DNA of 63,974 nt, filler included, from Collodictyon triciliatum (lineage: Eukaryota): assembly GCA_043381765.1 (NCBI GenBank). It is 10 parts of 10 records of this genome, joined end to end, with 100 filler letters (N's around TTAATTAATTAA, not from the genome) between each part and the next. Parts side by side here need not be neighbours in the genome. Positions count along the whole stretch, not along the records: positions 26,185 to 32,606 come from JBHJMP010004470.1; positions 32,707 to 39,228 come from JBHJMP010004471.1; 8 more parts are not named here. The stretch is one strand, 5' to 3'. The notes beneath the pieces are model-generated. The model searched no databases and was not told the origin of the DNA. It saw only the letters and a program-made list of their open reading frames with translations. Positions 26,619 to 38,735 of the stretch are shown here, one piece after another. The first letter of the stretch is position 1. Every line of letters begins with the position of its first letter. A program made the translations under genes and the position numbers.

Positions 26619-26779
26619 AGAAAGTTTTTTTCCCTTTATTAGAGTCAAAGAACGTGGTGTCATACAGGCAATATAGCAAGGGCTTTGGGGCACAGCCGCA
26701 AGTCTCTGAATATCCGAACATAAGATTTGGTCGGGTTCATGGTCTGCGCCCCAGCTCGTGAGAAAGTTTTTTTCCCTTT
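26619..26779 (-). mobile_element. Short retroposon-like insertion of a sister family, bounded by 19-bp direct repeats
   Basis: AGAAAGTTTTTTTCCCTTT at 26619-26637 and 26761-26779. The minus-strand end CTTTGACTCTAATAAAGGG-A7 resembles the family end CTTTGAATCGAATAAAGG-An. Confidence 0.6.
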
Positions 26780-27425
26780 TGTTAGATTGAAGATTCGCGA
26801 GGAAAATTTAATGTATTTTCCACATTAGATTAAGACGCCCTTTGTTTGTCAGGTTACCTTTTCCTGGGCTTTGCATTTTCAAGAAAAATGCGATCATTGC
26901 GGAAGGAGAACACAATCGCATGATCGGACCGCGTTCTTGGGCTTCCTCAATAATATGGTCGCCTCTTTCTTTATATTCTTATTTTCATTTCTCTTATTTT
27001 GTTTTTATTTTGTTCTTCTTTTGTTCTTCTTTTGTTCTTCTTTTGTTTTTCTTTTGTTTTTATATTCTTTTCATTTTTGTTTTTGTTTTTCTTATTTTTC
27101 TTATTTTTTCTTCTTTTTCTTCTTTTTCTTCTTTTTCTTCTTTTTCTTCTTTTTCTTCTTTTTCTTCTTTTTCTTCTTTTTCTTCTTTTTCTTCTTTTTC
27201 TCATTCCTCTCATTCCTCTTATTCCTCTTATTCCTCTTATTCTTCATGGCTCTTGAGATTGAAGCGCACTATTTTTTGTAATTTCATTCCGATTAGAAGA
27301 GAGAGTGGTAATTTACGTAATGCCCAAGCATTAAAATCATCTTTTTCAATTACTTCATAAGCTCTTTGCGGATCGACACGGTTAGTGACTCTATTTGAAG
27401 ACTTACAGTCCTTTGCATATCTTCC

Positions 27426-30400
27426 ATGGAAGAATTCTTCAATTTGGTTCTTAAAGCCCCTGACGAGCAAGTGGTAAATGGTATGTTTGTGATGTTGATA
27501 TCATTTTACTTTCATTTATGTATTTTTTAGCGTTCCAATATACAGCAGTTGTGATAAAGTTGGACAAATTCAACTCGCATATATACACCCATACAATCTA
27601 TACGTAAAGTTTCGCGAGTATGTTTCATTAATAAATGTGGCTTGTCCACCCTTCCTTGGTCTAAACGTATCTATGTCTGGATAGAGTGGTCCAAACGACC
27701 ACCTCCTCTTCTCCAATCTTCAAAAAAAAAAAAAAGTATTATTTTTGTAATTCGACAAACATCTAAAATAAAATGTGTCATAATTTAGCTTTCGTCTGCA
27801 AAAAGAACCCAATGAACCCTGTGTCTGGGTGTCTATTTGTTTCAAATCGCCGTTGTTACTTCAATCCAGACTCACAAGGCTCCAATCAATCAGTAAGCAT
27901 TTCCTCATTTAGCAATAGCATTAGTCAAAGACGCTTAATTGCAGCATTTATTGCTGTTGGTATTATTGTTGTTACCATCCCTATTATTATCATCCCTATA
28001 CATGGAAGATCACCCACTTATATGGAATGTTAGGTTGAACTGTTGTTTTCTGACATAATTGACATGAGAAGAGAGACCTTCTTATTTTCCTCAAACACTA
28101 TAACACTTGTGACTGCTCGAGTCGAGGTATACATCCACTATTCTGTGAAGTATATCCTTTTGATTCTCATACTTGAACAAAGTCTTTCGATAAGTTTGCT
28201 CAACATTTTTAATTTGTTGCCTTTCTAGTATGTATTCTTCAACTTCAACTCATTCGACTCTGCCTTTCGGACGATTCAAGACGCAAGAAACATGCACATT
28301 GAAGAAATGCGAAGCAAAAAAATTGCATCCCATTCCCCGTCCCAAGCTGTCCCTAGTGGAATGCCTGTTCAGAAAAGTGTTCGACCCGCTATTAACTCAT
28401 CAAAGAGTGTTCCCTCGCTTCAATCTCGCACCATTCCTGCTGGAAGCCATACCAAACTCTTTTCGATGAGGAATTCCCGTCCTCAGTCCACCATGGGTAT
28501 GGGAGGCGCATCTAGACAAGGATTTGGTCAGATTCGGTCCCTCATTATGTCCAGCTCTGGCGGGCAATCATTTACCCAGGGAATCACTGTCCCTGGTGAC
28601 GTCTTGCTTGCTTTGGAGTTGGATACCGATGAAGCAGTACATATGTGTAAGCACTTTTTTAAACATCCTTTGAACACTCACATGCATGTGACTTTGAATT
28701 ACCCCATGTTATTCCCTTCGCATTCACAGAGTATGCCTATATATACAAATTACATCCAATGTTCTCGATTATGTGTTGTTGTTTTTTTTTAAAAAAAATA
28801 ATAATGATAGGCACTCCATGCTCTCTTCTACAAGGTCAAATGGTTATCACAACTGAATCACTAGTTTTCAGAAGCAGTTTCTTGGGGGCTAATGTTCAGG
28901 TTTTCTGACAAGAAAAAAATGACATTATAATGCGTTGATACATTTATTTTTAGAAAAGAACCGGCACTCATTACAATTTGTAATTTTATTAACGAAATTA
29001 ATTATTATACAGGAAGAAATCAAGATAAGCCAGATAATGGGCATTGATACTGAAAGGACAAAGTAAGAAAAGTCTATGTTACAGAACCTGACTTTTCTGT
29101 AATTTTCGATTTAGAGACAAATACGAAAATTTTAACTTACATCGAACCTACACTCTTTATTCAGGATATGCAACTATCCTGTGGAAGTCATACGCACGAG
29201 AAAGAAGAAGGTAATTTGATTCACTCTCAAATTATTATGCATGATAATAATATGCATCAATATAACAATTTCATCTTGTTGCAGCATATATTTTCCTTTT
29301 CCAAAGACCCAGGACGATTTCATGACATCATTTGCTCCACCTGTATCGAGTTGAAAGTAATGGATTTTTCATGGGATACTAATGTAAATTTTCTTAAAGA
29401 CTAATAATATTTTGTTTATTGTTATCAGCTACAGAGCAATACACCGACTTTCGAGCGACCTTTTCTAGAATCACCTTTGCGAAAGATATTGAAAGGAGAT
29501 GAGGAGCATGTTGAAAGTTTGTCTTAACTGATTTTTACTAATTGTTATAACATATAATTTCTGGACTAAATATAGGTATATACATAATCGATGTCACTGA
29601 GTCTCTGTGATTGTGTGGTTATTTTTCATTTCTGTTGGTCGTCATAGAAATATGTGTGTTATGAGCGTGCTCTAAATATTGTTAACAGCTGTCGCATGCG
29701 GTCAATATCCGGAGGTTCTTCTGGGTGGACACATATTCATTACAACCAAGAAGCTTATATTCTATTCCCAGTTATCAAATTATAAGAAAAAGGTGATCAC
29801 TCTAATTTGCATTTCATTTTAATAGTTCGTGCTATATGTACTAATTAATCTTTTCATATCATGAATTGTATGCTGATCTTATTTACACATTTTATGATGC
29901 GCATATGTTGAAAACAGATTGTCATTCCTTTCCATGAACTTTGGAATGTGAGCGAGGAAAATACATATGTTAGAATCAGGACAAAAATGGATGATGTATG
30001 TTGAAATTCCTATTTTATATTTGAATACGCAGCTATCTGTTTTTCGAAAATATCCCCCCCAAAAAAAACACGCTTATATTTACCTTTTAACCCTCAAAAT
30101 TTAGTTTGTATTCAGTTCTATCAGAGAAATCGAATTTTTTGAAACTACCATACGGCATAGCTGGAGAGAAGCATATGCTATCCCGGTTCAACTAATTAAA
30201 TTATCAAACGACATTTAAATGATTGTATAAATATTATTATAGTGACGTTTGCATATTATGTTTACTGTACGCTTTCATTAGTCGATTCGAACAGAAAAAC
30301 TTGAAGCATATAATACCCAAGCTTACAAAGAAGTCAATATGGCCGACCCCGATCATGCTGAATATCTTTTTCGACTGTGGCGAGCTTTATACAAAGAAAC

Positions 30401-30473
30401 TGCTCAAACAAATCGAAAAGCTGTATCCTCCGTCGTCAGTAAATTTGATTATCGGAAGGCAGGATTCTTGGTA

Positions 30474-30569
<96 letters not shown>

Positions 30570-32168
30570 TCGCACAACGTGCGAAAGTGCAACGCATATA
30601 AAAGCAATAAAATTGATAGAAAAAAGTATTGCATGATAATAATTACCTTATATTCATTATGCATAAATTATGTTTTACTCAGGAAATGAATCCATGCAAG
30701 GAGCTTCAGAAATGCGGAATATTTGGTCTCTCGATGGTAACATACTTTGCCGAAAAGGTTGGTCATTCTTATATAATTATTTACAAGGCCTAATCATGTG
30801 TGTCTTTTGGAGTGTGACCATTATTGCTGTATTACGGTCATTGCTAATATTTAATTATCATGCTCAGTACACCGACGAGTATATGAGAATTCTTCATATG
30901 CAGATAGATCCTGACATGGTGATACGGTCAAAGTGGGACCCTTACTCGCCTGGGGTGTTAGATGGGCACTTAAATCAAGGTTTGCCTCATCGCTGCATTA
31001 CGTGAATTTCAGTTGTTTTTTTTTTTTTAGTATAAATAATTTCAGAGAAAATATAAATGGTCTTGGTATTAAATATAATTATACTCTATTCTTACCCTAT
31101 CAAAACTAACTGGATGCAATTATTATGAAAAAAAAAACCAGCATCGAAGATGAAGAGTAAACAGCTGAACGGTATATATCTTTTATTTATGTAGATAGGA
31201 AATAATAGTGCTATATTTATGCGTTTTCTTTTCGTTTTGTTTTTGTTTGTTTTGTTTTGTTTGTTTTGTTTGTTTTGTTTTGTTTTGTTTTGGGGAGGGG
31301 GATTGTTATCTTTCATTCATATCCGTATGCTTTTTGTCATCCAGAATACCGAATAATCAACAGCTTTCCTCCTGGTCATACTGGAATTCATGTCTCATTA
31401 ATGGTTCTTCGAATGTTGGAGCTGCATATAGGTCAGATACTGTCTTGGGGTCAAAATCACAGAATATTGAATGTTTCTCTTTTGTTTCATTTGTTTTTTG
31501 TTTTTTGTTTTTTGTTTTTTGTTTTTTGTTTTTTGTTTTTTGTTTTTTGTTTTTTGTTTTTTGTTTTTTGTTTTTTGTTTTTTGTTTTTTGTTTTTTGTT
31601 TTTTGTTTTTTGTTTTTTGTTTTTTGTTTTTTGTTTTTTGTTTTTTGTTGTTGCGCCATTCATGCTCAATCATGTAAGGCGTAGTATCAGACCAGCTCAT
31701 GTATGATTAGAATATATATGTATTTGCATGTGAAGAAGCTAGCGAAGAAATAATAATGATTGATTTCGCAACATTTTTTAACTGGCAAGTTTCATCTGCA
31801 CAAGCATGTTCATTCTATGAGGTATTGAAAGCAACCACAAACCTACGTGCCTAGACCCCATGACAAGGTCCTCACCATCACCGTTCTTTGCTTTGGTGTC
31901 TTTGATGATTGCGGGAGAGGAGCATGTTCTGGAGGAGTTTTTCTGCGTCTGTATGCTCCTGTTTGACGGGCTATTTAAAGAGATGGAGGCCAACGAGACG
32001 AGCTTTTCGTCTGTGCTCAAGACCCTGGAAGAGCGCGCCACTGTGATGCTTCTGCAAGGCCCGCGGAATATCACAGACCTGTGGCTTGTGATTGAGAAAC
32101 TAAGGCGCCTTTCCACAAAGGCTGCAGGCACGCGGCCGTCGTCTTCTGCCTCTGCCTCTGCCTCATGA
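27426..32168 (+). CDS. Protein with three GRAM (PH-like) domains and a C-terminal ELMO/CED-12 domain
   Basis: GRAM-like segments AFVCK..SGCLFVSNRRCYF, CSLLQGQMVITTESLVFRSSFLG and GTLFITTKKLIFYS. ELMO-like segments HAEYLFRLWRALY..GFL|EMNPCKELQKCGIFGL and EEFFCVCMLLFDGLFKEMEA..FSSVL. Start codon is tentative. Confidence 0.72.
30474..30570. repeat. Intronic (TTA)n microsatellite
   Basis: Direct reading; similar (AAT)n tracts at 47529-47638 and 58675-58776. Confidence 0.95.
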
Positions 32169-33019
32169 CCGCCTTTGGTGCGGATTCCAGAAGCGAAGGG
32201 CATTTCTCATCCTTTTTTTTTTCCTTCTCTTTTTCCTTTTTTTCCTTCTTTTTTTCTTTTTTTCTTTTTTTTCTTTTTTTCTTTTTTTCTTTTTTTCTTT
32301 TTTTCTTTTTTTAGACTTCCATGAAGTCTGCGGTTTGGCTGTCTGGCATTCGGTCAACTCTTGTTGTAGTTCACTGATGCGCTGCTACGCTGCTGCGCCG
32401 TCTGCTTATGGGCGCGCCTTATCACTCTTTTTTTTTCTTTCTGTTTTCTTGTTTGTTTTTTTGTTTGTTTTTTTGTTTTTTGTTTTTTGTTTTTTGTTTT
32501 TTGTTTTTTGTTTTTTTTTGTTTTTTGTTTTTTGTTTTTTGTTTTTTGTTTTTTGTTTTTTGTTTTTTGTTTTTTGTTTTTTGTTTTTTGTTTTTTGTTT
32601 TTTGTTNNNNNNNNNNNNNNNNNNNNNNNNNNNNNNNNNNNNNNNNNNNNTTAATTAATTAANNNNNNNNNNNNNNNNNNNNNNNNNNNNNNNNNNNNNN
32701 NNNNNNTTCTTTTTTTTTTTTTTTCTTTTTTTTCTTCTTTGGTTTTTTTTTTTTTTTTAGTTTTTTTTTATTCTATTCAAACATGCCTCATGTCATTGTC
32801 TTTGTTATAACAATGAATACTTGTGTTAGAGCCCATTCTAGGATAAAGAGCATAAAAATAAAAAAATTGATATTATATTATTCTATATAGTTAGAATAAT
32901 ATAATATCAAAAATAAAAAAAATATAAAATGGCTTTGATGTCTTAGCAGAAGGTGAAAAGGGGGTAGGGAAGCGCATGGCAAGAAGGTGGAACTTCTGGA
33001 ACGATGGAGACCTTACAAA

Positions 33020-35872
33020 TCAGCCAATTGCAGGGACAAGTGGCATCTTGATAACCGGTCGAACAGAACTTAAACATCGAATAGGGTCGTTGAAGTGCGC
33101 CGCGATTCTGCGCACTTGAATCATAGTCATATTGAACACACACGACCTCATCACCCCCTTGGAATCAAAGGACGCAAACAACAAGTCAATGTCACGATTA
33201 TTAAACGACTGCATCAGATTAGAATCTATGGCAATCCAAATAGCGAGTGAGTATACAACGGATAATATCATGTGGGCAAGCCTCCCATTGGAAAAGAACT
33301 TATTTAGGTGTATCTTTCCTGGCAATCTATCCAAGAAACCAACATTACGGTCGTATGAGATAAACGGACATGCGTCCATTCCCCCATCTCTCGCCCGGGC
33401 CCATTTCTCTGGTGGTGAGATGCTTTGGTCCAGCAATTTGCTTTTGATTATGCGTACAAGATTGTAGATACATACCAAAACCTGATAGTCGATATGCTTC
33501 TTTCTTTTAATTTTGTCAAGAATATCTAAAAGCTTGCCGTTGAACGAAGTGAATGAAAGTGGCTCTGCGTCTCCCAAAATCAAACGAAGACTCTGAATAT
33601 AAAGAGCAAGAATTCCTGGGAGGAGAAACCAAGAGCCAAAAAATGTGTAGTCAAATAAAAAGGCATAAAACACAGAGCTATTTACAATCGAGTACCAGTT
33701 CTCAAAGGAGTACATGCAATGAATAATTTCCGAAGAATTATAATGCAGCAGTTCGTATATAGAAGACATTAATCCAGCGACGTGTATAGAGCTGAATCCG
33801 TGACTCCAGAAGACCCCTCCTATTGTTTGCACGAGGAAGAGTATTCGTGATAAGAGCATGAAAAAACTAGCTATTCTATGACCTATCCTAGGCATTCTTA
33901 TAGGATTTCTTAATGCTTTTTTCATAATTGAAAGTAGCAAAGTTTCATCCTGAGAATTGAGTCTATTATCCTCTATAGGTGTCATAAGAAGGATTATTCT
34001 ACTGGGCGAATTACTCAGCCAAAGACCAGGAATAATGCTATGTGAATTCCTAAGCGAAGAAGATGTTGAGTTTCTTTCATATATAACACGCAAAGCGCTT
34101 GCGAAAGGGTAACGACCTTCAAACCTCTTATGGCTTTCTCTGTTATGGCTTTGTTGACTTGTACTTAAAGATGATGATTTGATTGATGTATAATCTCTAC
34201 TCGAACCGTGGTTTTTGTTTTTTTGTGTGGTGTTCGGTGTCTCACCATGCAGCTGATTTTCGATATCAGCATACTGATTTAACGCTATTTTGTCATATCT
34301 ATTTTGTTTGGCCTCTATTTTATCTATTTCATCCTGTGAAAACTGAATAATGTTCGTCAATCTTAAGCGTTCAGAATCATTAGGATTATCTTCTAAGCCT
34401 CTTCCTGCATATTGATTCTCTCTCCTCCCCTGTTCCTGGACATCCTCGCCACCACCAGGGGGTGATGGTGACCTTTGAACGACCTGCCTTTCGATTTCAC
34501 CAAATACGTCATCCCCCAAAAAATGTATCCACCCTTTGGTTAAAGGAATCTTCATGACCTGTCTTGTTATGCATTGTAGCTTTCCTGGTCTATGGGCGTA
34601 TGTGATTGCTTTTTTCCAACAAAAGGCGAGGATATTCAGAGTAGAGGCTCGGAAAAGTGCATCTAGACCTACACGGCTACTCATAACATGAATATACCGA
34701 ATTTCGTGTTTGCTTGGCAACGAACTTAACATGATGACATACAAATATGTGGACGCAGTAATTCCGAAGAATAGTGCTAATCTTGATTCTATACTCAGTA
34801 ATAGCAGTAATCGTATTCTCCTGAGTAATCGCTCCGCAAGGAATTTTGGAGCTTGGTACCAGCCCACCATTTTAAGATATGCTATCTTACACGAGTAGAA
34901 GGAGGATGACATAGTCCGAAACCGATCAAAGTCTCCGTCATTCAATGAAGATAGGGATTGCGATTCAGACATATACCTCTCCCGGGCAGGGGACGAGGAC
35001 ATAAAGAAGCGAGGCCGAAAATAGCTCATTCCACCCGAAGAGGACGATTTCTTAACTTTCGAGTGGTTTGTGCCGCTGCCTATTATATTACTCTGTTCTC
35101 CTTCAACCTCCCCGACTTCATTTTGCAGCTGGCTGAGGGTCATAGATGAGTGTCTTTGTGAGTTCGCCTTTCTGATAAAGGATATCAAGATAGATTGCGC
35201 ATAGGAAAAACTGACCGGCCATGCATCAAGGAAGATAAATGCAAAGTAATATACGATGAAAGATACGGAACCGGTTATTGTGTAAAATTCCCAGCCTAAT
35301 ATATCGGCACACGATAAAATCGAAACATTTATATTCAACAAGAGAAAGATGCTATCAAAATCTAACATGTTCATTGCAGCGATTTCGTATTGATATTGAG
35401 TGATACAGAGTATTGGATAGCTGAGTCCAAGGAATGACAGAAACAGATACGGTATATAGAGACTAGGTCTTCGATCCGTCACCATGTAAAGGGTAAGACA
35501 GAGGTGTGCTACCATGCAAAGTATAAAAAGAACCCCGAATTTTCGAAAGTAATATTTTGATATTAGATATGTAGCACTAGGAGACAATAGCACGCTTCCA
35601 ATTGTCTTTGAGGCATTAACGGGGTAATATATATCCGTGTCCGTGTAAAAAACCCAGCGGCCTTGGAAGAGATGAAGCATAGAATTGTCTGACCGTGATG
35701 ATTCTTGCCTTGCCACCGACTCTGCATAGACAGACTCATCTGTCTGGTGGATGCCTATGTGATGTCTGTTTAAATGAAGGTCATACTCATTGTCTGAGAC
35801 AGAGACAGATACAGAGACAGCATTTTCCTCGCTTCGAGTGCTAGCTCCGCGATCCATCGATCTTCCTGCCAT
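33020..35872 (-). CDS. Uncharacterised multi-pass membrane protein (950-aa single exon) built from two homologous halves
   Basis: Long uninterrupted ORF with two hydrophobic clusters separated by a polar linker. An acceptor-like TAG sits just before the ATG, so upstream exons are possible. Confidence 0.85.
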   Translation of the reverse strand: MAGRSMDRGASTRSEENAVSVSVSVSDNEYDLHLNRHHIGIHQTDESVYAESVARQESSRSDNSMLHLFQGRWVFYTDTDIYYPVNASKTIGSVLLSPSATYLISKYYFRKFGVLFILCMVAHLCLTLYMVTDRRPSLYIPYLFLSFLGLSYPILCITQYQYEIAAMNMLDFDSIFLLLNINVSILSCADILGWEFYTITGSVSFIVYYFAFIFLDAWPVSFSYAQSILISFIRKANSQRHSSMTLSQLQNEVGEVEGEQSNIIGSGTNHSKVKKSSSSGGMSYFRPRFFMSSSPARERYMSESQSLSSLNDGDFDRFRTMSSSFYSCKIAYLKMVGWYQAPKFLAERLLRRIRLLLLLSIESRLALFFGITASTYLYVIMLSSLPSKHEIRYIHVMSSRVGLDALFRASTLNILAFCWKKAITYAHRPGKLQCITRQVMKIPLTKGWIHFLGDDVFGEIERQVVQRSPSPPGGGEDVQEQGRRENQYAGRGLEDNPNDSERLRLTNIIQFSQDEIDKIEAKQNRYDKIALNQYADIENQLHGETPNTTQKNKNHGSSRDYTSIKSSSLSTSQQSHNRESHKRFEGRYPFASALRVIYERNSTSSSLRNSHSIIPGLWLSNSPSRIILLMTPIEDNRLNSQDETLLLSIMKKALRNPIRMPRIGHRIASFFMLLSRILFLVQTIGGVFWSHGFSSIHVAGLMSSIYELLHYNSSEIIHCMYSFENWYSIVNSSVFYAFLFDYTFFGSWFLLPGILALYIQSLRLILGDAEPLSFTSFNGKLLDILDKIKRKKHIDYQVLVCIYNLVRIIKSKLLDQSISPPEKWARARDGGMDACPFISYDRNVGFLDRLPGKIHLNKFFSNGRLAHMILSVVYSLAIWIAIDSNLMQSFNNRDIDLLFASFDSKGVMRSCVFNMTMIQVRRIAAHFNDPIRCLSSVRPVIKMPLVPAIG

Positions 35873-36059
35873 TCCTAATATAGAAGAGCGAAGAATAATG
35901 AAGACATCTGATGAGTTCTCTATTTTACTCTTTTCCTTTTCCTTTTCCTTTTCCTTTTCAACTTTTAATTTTATTTGTTTCTTTTCTGTTTGAACATTTG
36001 TCTCCTAGAAAAGATCACATCTTTGCTTTATAAAAATATAGTTCACGGCAAGAAAAATT

Positions 36060-36136
36060 AAAGGCGTCAAACAGATTTTTTTTTTCCCTTCATTCGATTC
36101 AAAGTGTAGCGAGGTTATGAAAGGCGTCAAACAGAT
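36060..36136 (-). mobile_element. 43-nt retroposon insertion with perfect 17-bp TSD
   Basis: AAAGGCGTCAAACAGAT at 36060-36076 and 36120-36136 flank T9-CCCTTCATTCGATTCAAAGTGTAGCGAGGTTATG. Confidence 0.92.
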
Positions 36137-37387
36137 AACATGTGCCACAGGGTTTAGACTTGAGAAACAGACGAAATTATGACCCAAAAGAAGGATAGTG
36201 AATCGAAGAGATAATAACAAAAATAATTGAAAAGATTCCTTCTATTTGCGAAATATTGGGGTCCCTCGGCTCGGTACGCTGGGATTCGATATTATAAGAA
36301 GAAAAATACAAGACAATCAAAAGAATGAAAATAATGAAAAATGAAGGGATTACACAAATAAAAGGAATTGAAATAACAAAAGACCAAAAGGCCAAAAGGC
36401 CAAAAGAAGAAAAAGAAGAAAAAGAAGAAAAAGAAGAAAAAGACCAAAAGAAAAGAAGAAAAGAAGAAAAGAAGAAAAAGACCAAAAGACCAAAAGAAAA
36501 GAAGAAAAAGAAGAAAAAGAAGAAAAAGAAGAAAAAGAAGAAAAAAACCAAAAGACCAAAAGAAAAGAAGAAAAGAAGAAAAGAAGAAAAGAAGAAAAGA
36601 AGAAAAAGACCAAAAGACCAAAAGACCAAAAGACCAAAAGACCAAAAGACCAAAAGGCCAAAAGAAAAGAAGGAAAAGAAGAAAAAGGATAATATCAACC
36701 GAAGTAAGAAAGTGGGGTGAAGTGCCATCCCATAGTCTAAACGCAAATGCGCGACCGAGATCGTCAGAGCCCCTGCCAGTCAGACAAGGGGTGATATCAG
36801 TTACGGGTGCGAGCATGCTCTGATCTCTGCTTCGCGGGTGGTGCATCACACTTTTGATGTTGCCAGTTGCGATTTACCAACAGGGTTATTCCGAGGGCAC
36901 CTTTGGCGCCAACAAGCGACAGACAGAAATTTCAAATTGGGACGTCTAAACAGAAAAAATGAATTTTTCATGTGCTTTGGATGATTTGAGCGAACCTTCA
37001 GCTTTCTGTTCATCAAACACTAATGGAGGAATCTTGGACCTTATGGTGGATTGACCGCAATAATAAGACTATTTATTAATTATCTGCGTACTATACAGAA
37101 TTAGGGAGGTATCATAGATTTTCATACACATGTTTATGATTCAATTCATAAATTCCACATATGAATACCAACTCACCTTCCTGGTTTTCCAACGAAGCAA
37201 GGAGACTCTCATAATTTTCAAAGCAGAGGACGATCGATCAGGCCATCGGCGCGTTGGTGGGGCGCGGCGTCGCGCAAAAATCAACCATGTGTAAAGCCAT
37301 CTCGTTTAATCATGAAGGAGTTGTGTTCCAGTTTTGTTGCTGTCTCTTTCAAAGAATTAAGAAAATACCGGTTTCTGTGCGTTCTTT

Positions 37388-37457
37388 ATGTTTCCGCCAA
37401 AGTAGCACTTTGAGTCGAATAAAGGATTAGAAAAAAAAACAAAATGTTTCCACAAGT
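37388..37457 (+). mobile_element. Ultra-short retroposon copy with decayed TSD
   Basis: GCACTTTGAGTCGAATAAAGGA plus an A-rich tail, flanked by ATGTTTCCGCCAAAGT and ATGTTTCCACAAGT. Confidence 0.7.
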
Positions 37458-37548
37458 CTTTTCCCCTGTATATTACGAGAGCTGTGCACCGTCGCCTGGT
37501 TCCACACGGCTATGTTTTTGTTTTCAATAATTGCAAACATATTGAAAC

Positions 37549-38562
37549 ATGTCTATCCAGAGACAGGTCAACATTCAAGGTATGAACCATATCGTCGAGC
37601 AACTCAAGAGCGGGGAGCTTCAACAAGCTTTGCTGTCCCAAATGAAACCATGGGGATCCTTCTTTAACGCATCCATGATTCGACCGCCTCCCAATGGAGA
37701 ATGGATGACTAGGATCCAGCTCAACGTTTTGCACTTCCGAGTCAATTACGGTGTCATTAGTTTTGTCCTTCTTCTGCTCTTCGTGTAAGATGCATACATT
37801 CGCGATATACTAAGGAAACAAAGGCGAAAAAAAAGGGAAAAGAAAAAAGAAAAAGAAAACAAAAGGAAGAAGAAATATATATTCATGGCCAAGCCTATTG
37901 TCTTGCTTAATTTCTAATAAGAAGGCCAAAAATTATTGTCAAAATTCTAATTGCGATGATACTAATTTTCCTCCATCTTTCGAAATTAATACAAACACAC
38001 GCACCTATTACATCAAGTCGTTAATGAACTATCTGAATTACAAAACCATTTTTTTTTTACAAGAAACATTTGGTTTGGTGTGTGTTGATATTGAATTGAA
38101 ATGTAACATACTGATAGTTCCAAATTTAACCAAAGGATATCAAATCCCTCTTTCTTGATCGGTCTCTGCCTCATCGGAGGTGCGTGGTATGGATTTGTTG
38201 ACCAGAAGCAACCGATCACCATCGCAGGGCGCACTTTAAATGAAAACGAGCGACTAATGGCGTTTGGAATATGTATTACTTGGTTTTGATTTTGTCATGA
38301 CAAAATGGACACATACACAAAAATCCGATGAATATACTATTCTTATTGTTGATTGAATACCTTTCAGTGTAATCTAATTCTATCACAACACACAGCCGTA
38401 GTGATTACAGTTTGGTTATTTGGAGTTGGGACGAGTATTTTCTTCATCACTGGCCTGATTCTTAGCTTCGTTATTGTTCACGCAGCCATGCTAGAATCTA
38501 TGGATAGTTCAGCAGGCTTTGAGAAAGCTTATGGCGATAACTTCGGACGGTCTAAAGTCTAA
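37549..38562 (+). CDS. PRA1: Prenylated Rab acceptor (PRA1/Yip3 family), 3 exons
   Basis: KPWGSFF..RP...RIQLNVLHFRVNY, hydrophobic pairs, and VIVHAAM motif. Confidence 0.9.
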
Positions 38563-38735
38563 AATCGTGCGGACAATAAATCCAGCGAGAGAAAATCATA
38601 ATAATAAAAACACACATATATCGCTCATATCGTGACAAAATTATTTTGAATAAAAATAGTGGAGAATGAATTTAAGCTGAAATTTTGGCTGGTCAGCATT
38701 GATGGGATAGAGCAAAAGGCTTCTGTGTCATCAAG

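Noticed and set aside
26690-26755. SECIS or hammerhead ribozyme in the hairpin
   Set aside because: The ATGA-to-AA spacing is too short with no proper GA quartet, there is no CUGANGA/GAAA core, and no selenoprotein lies nearby.
35873-36850. Upstream exons of the 950-aa gene joined through a non-canonical GA donor
   Set aside because: The phase fits but there is no homology to anchor it; not supportable without transcripts.
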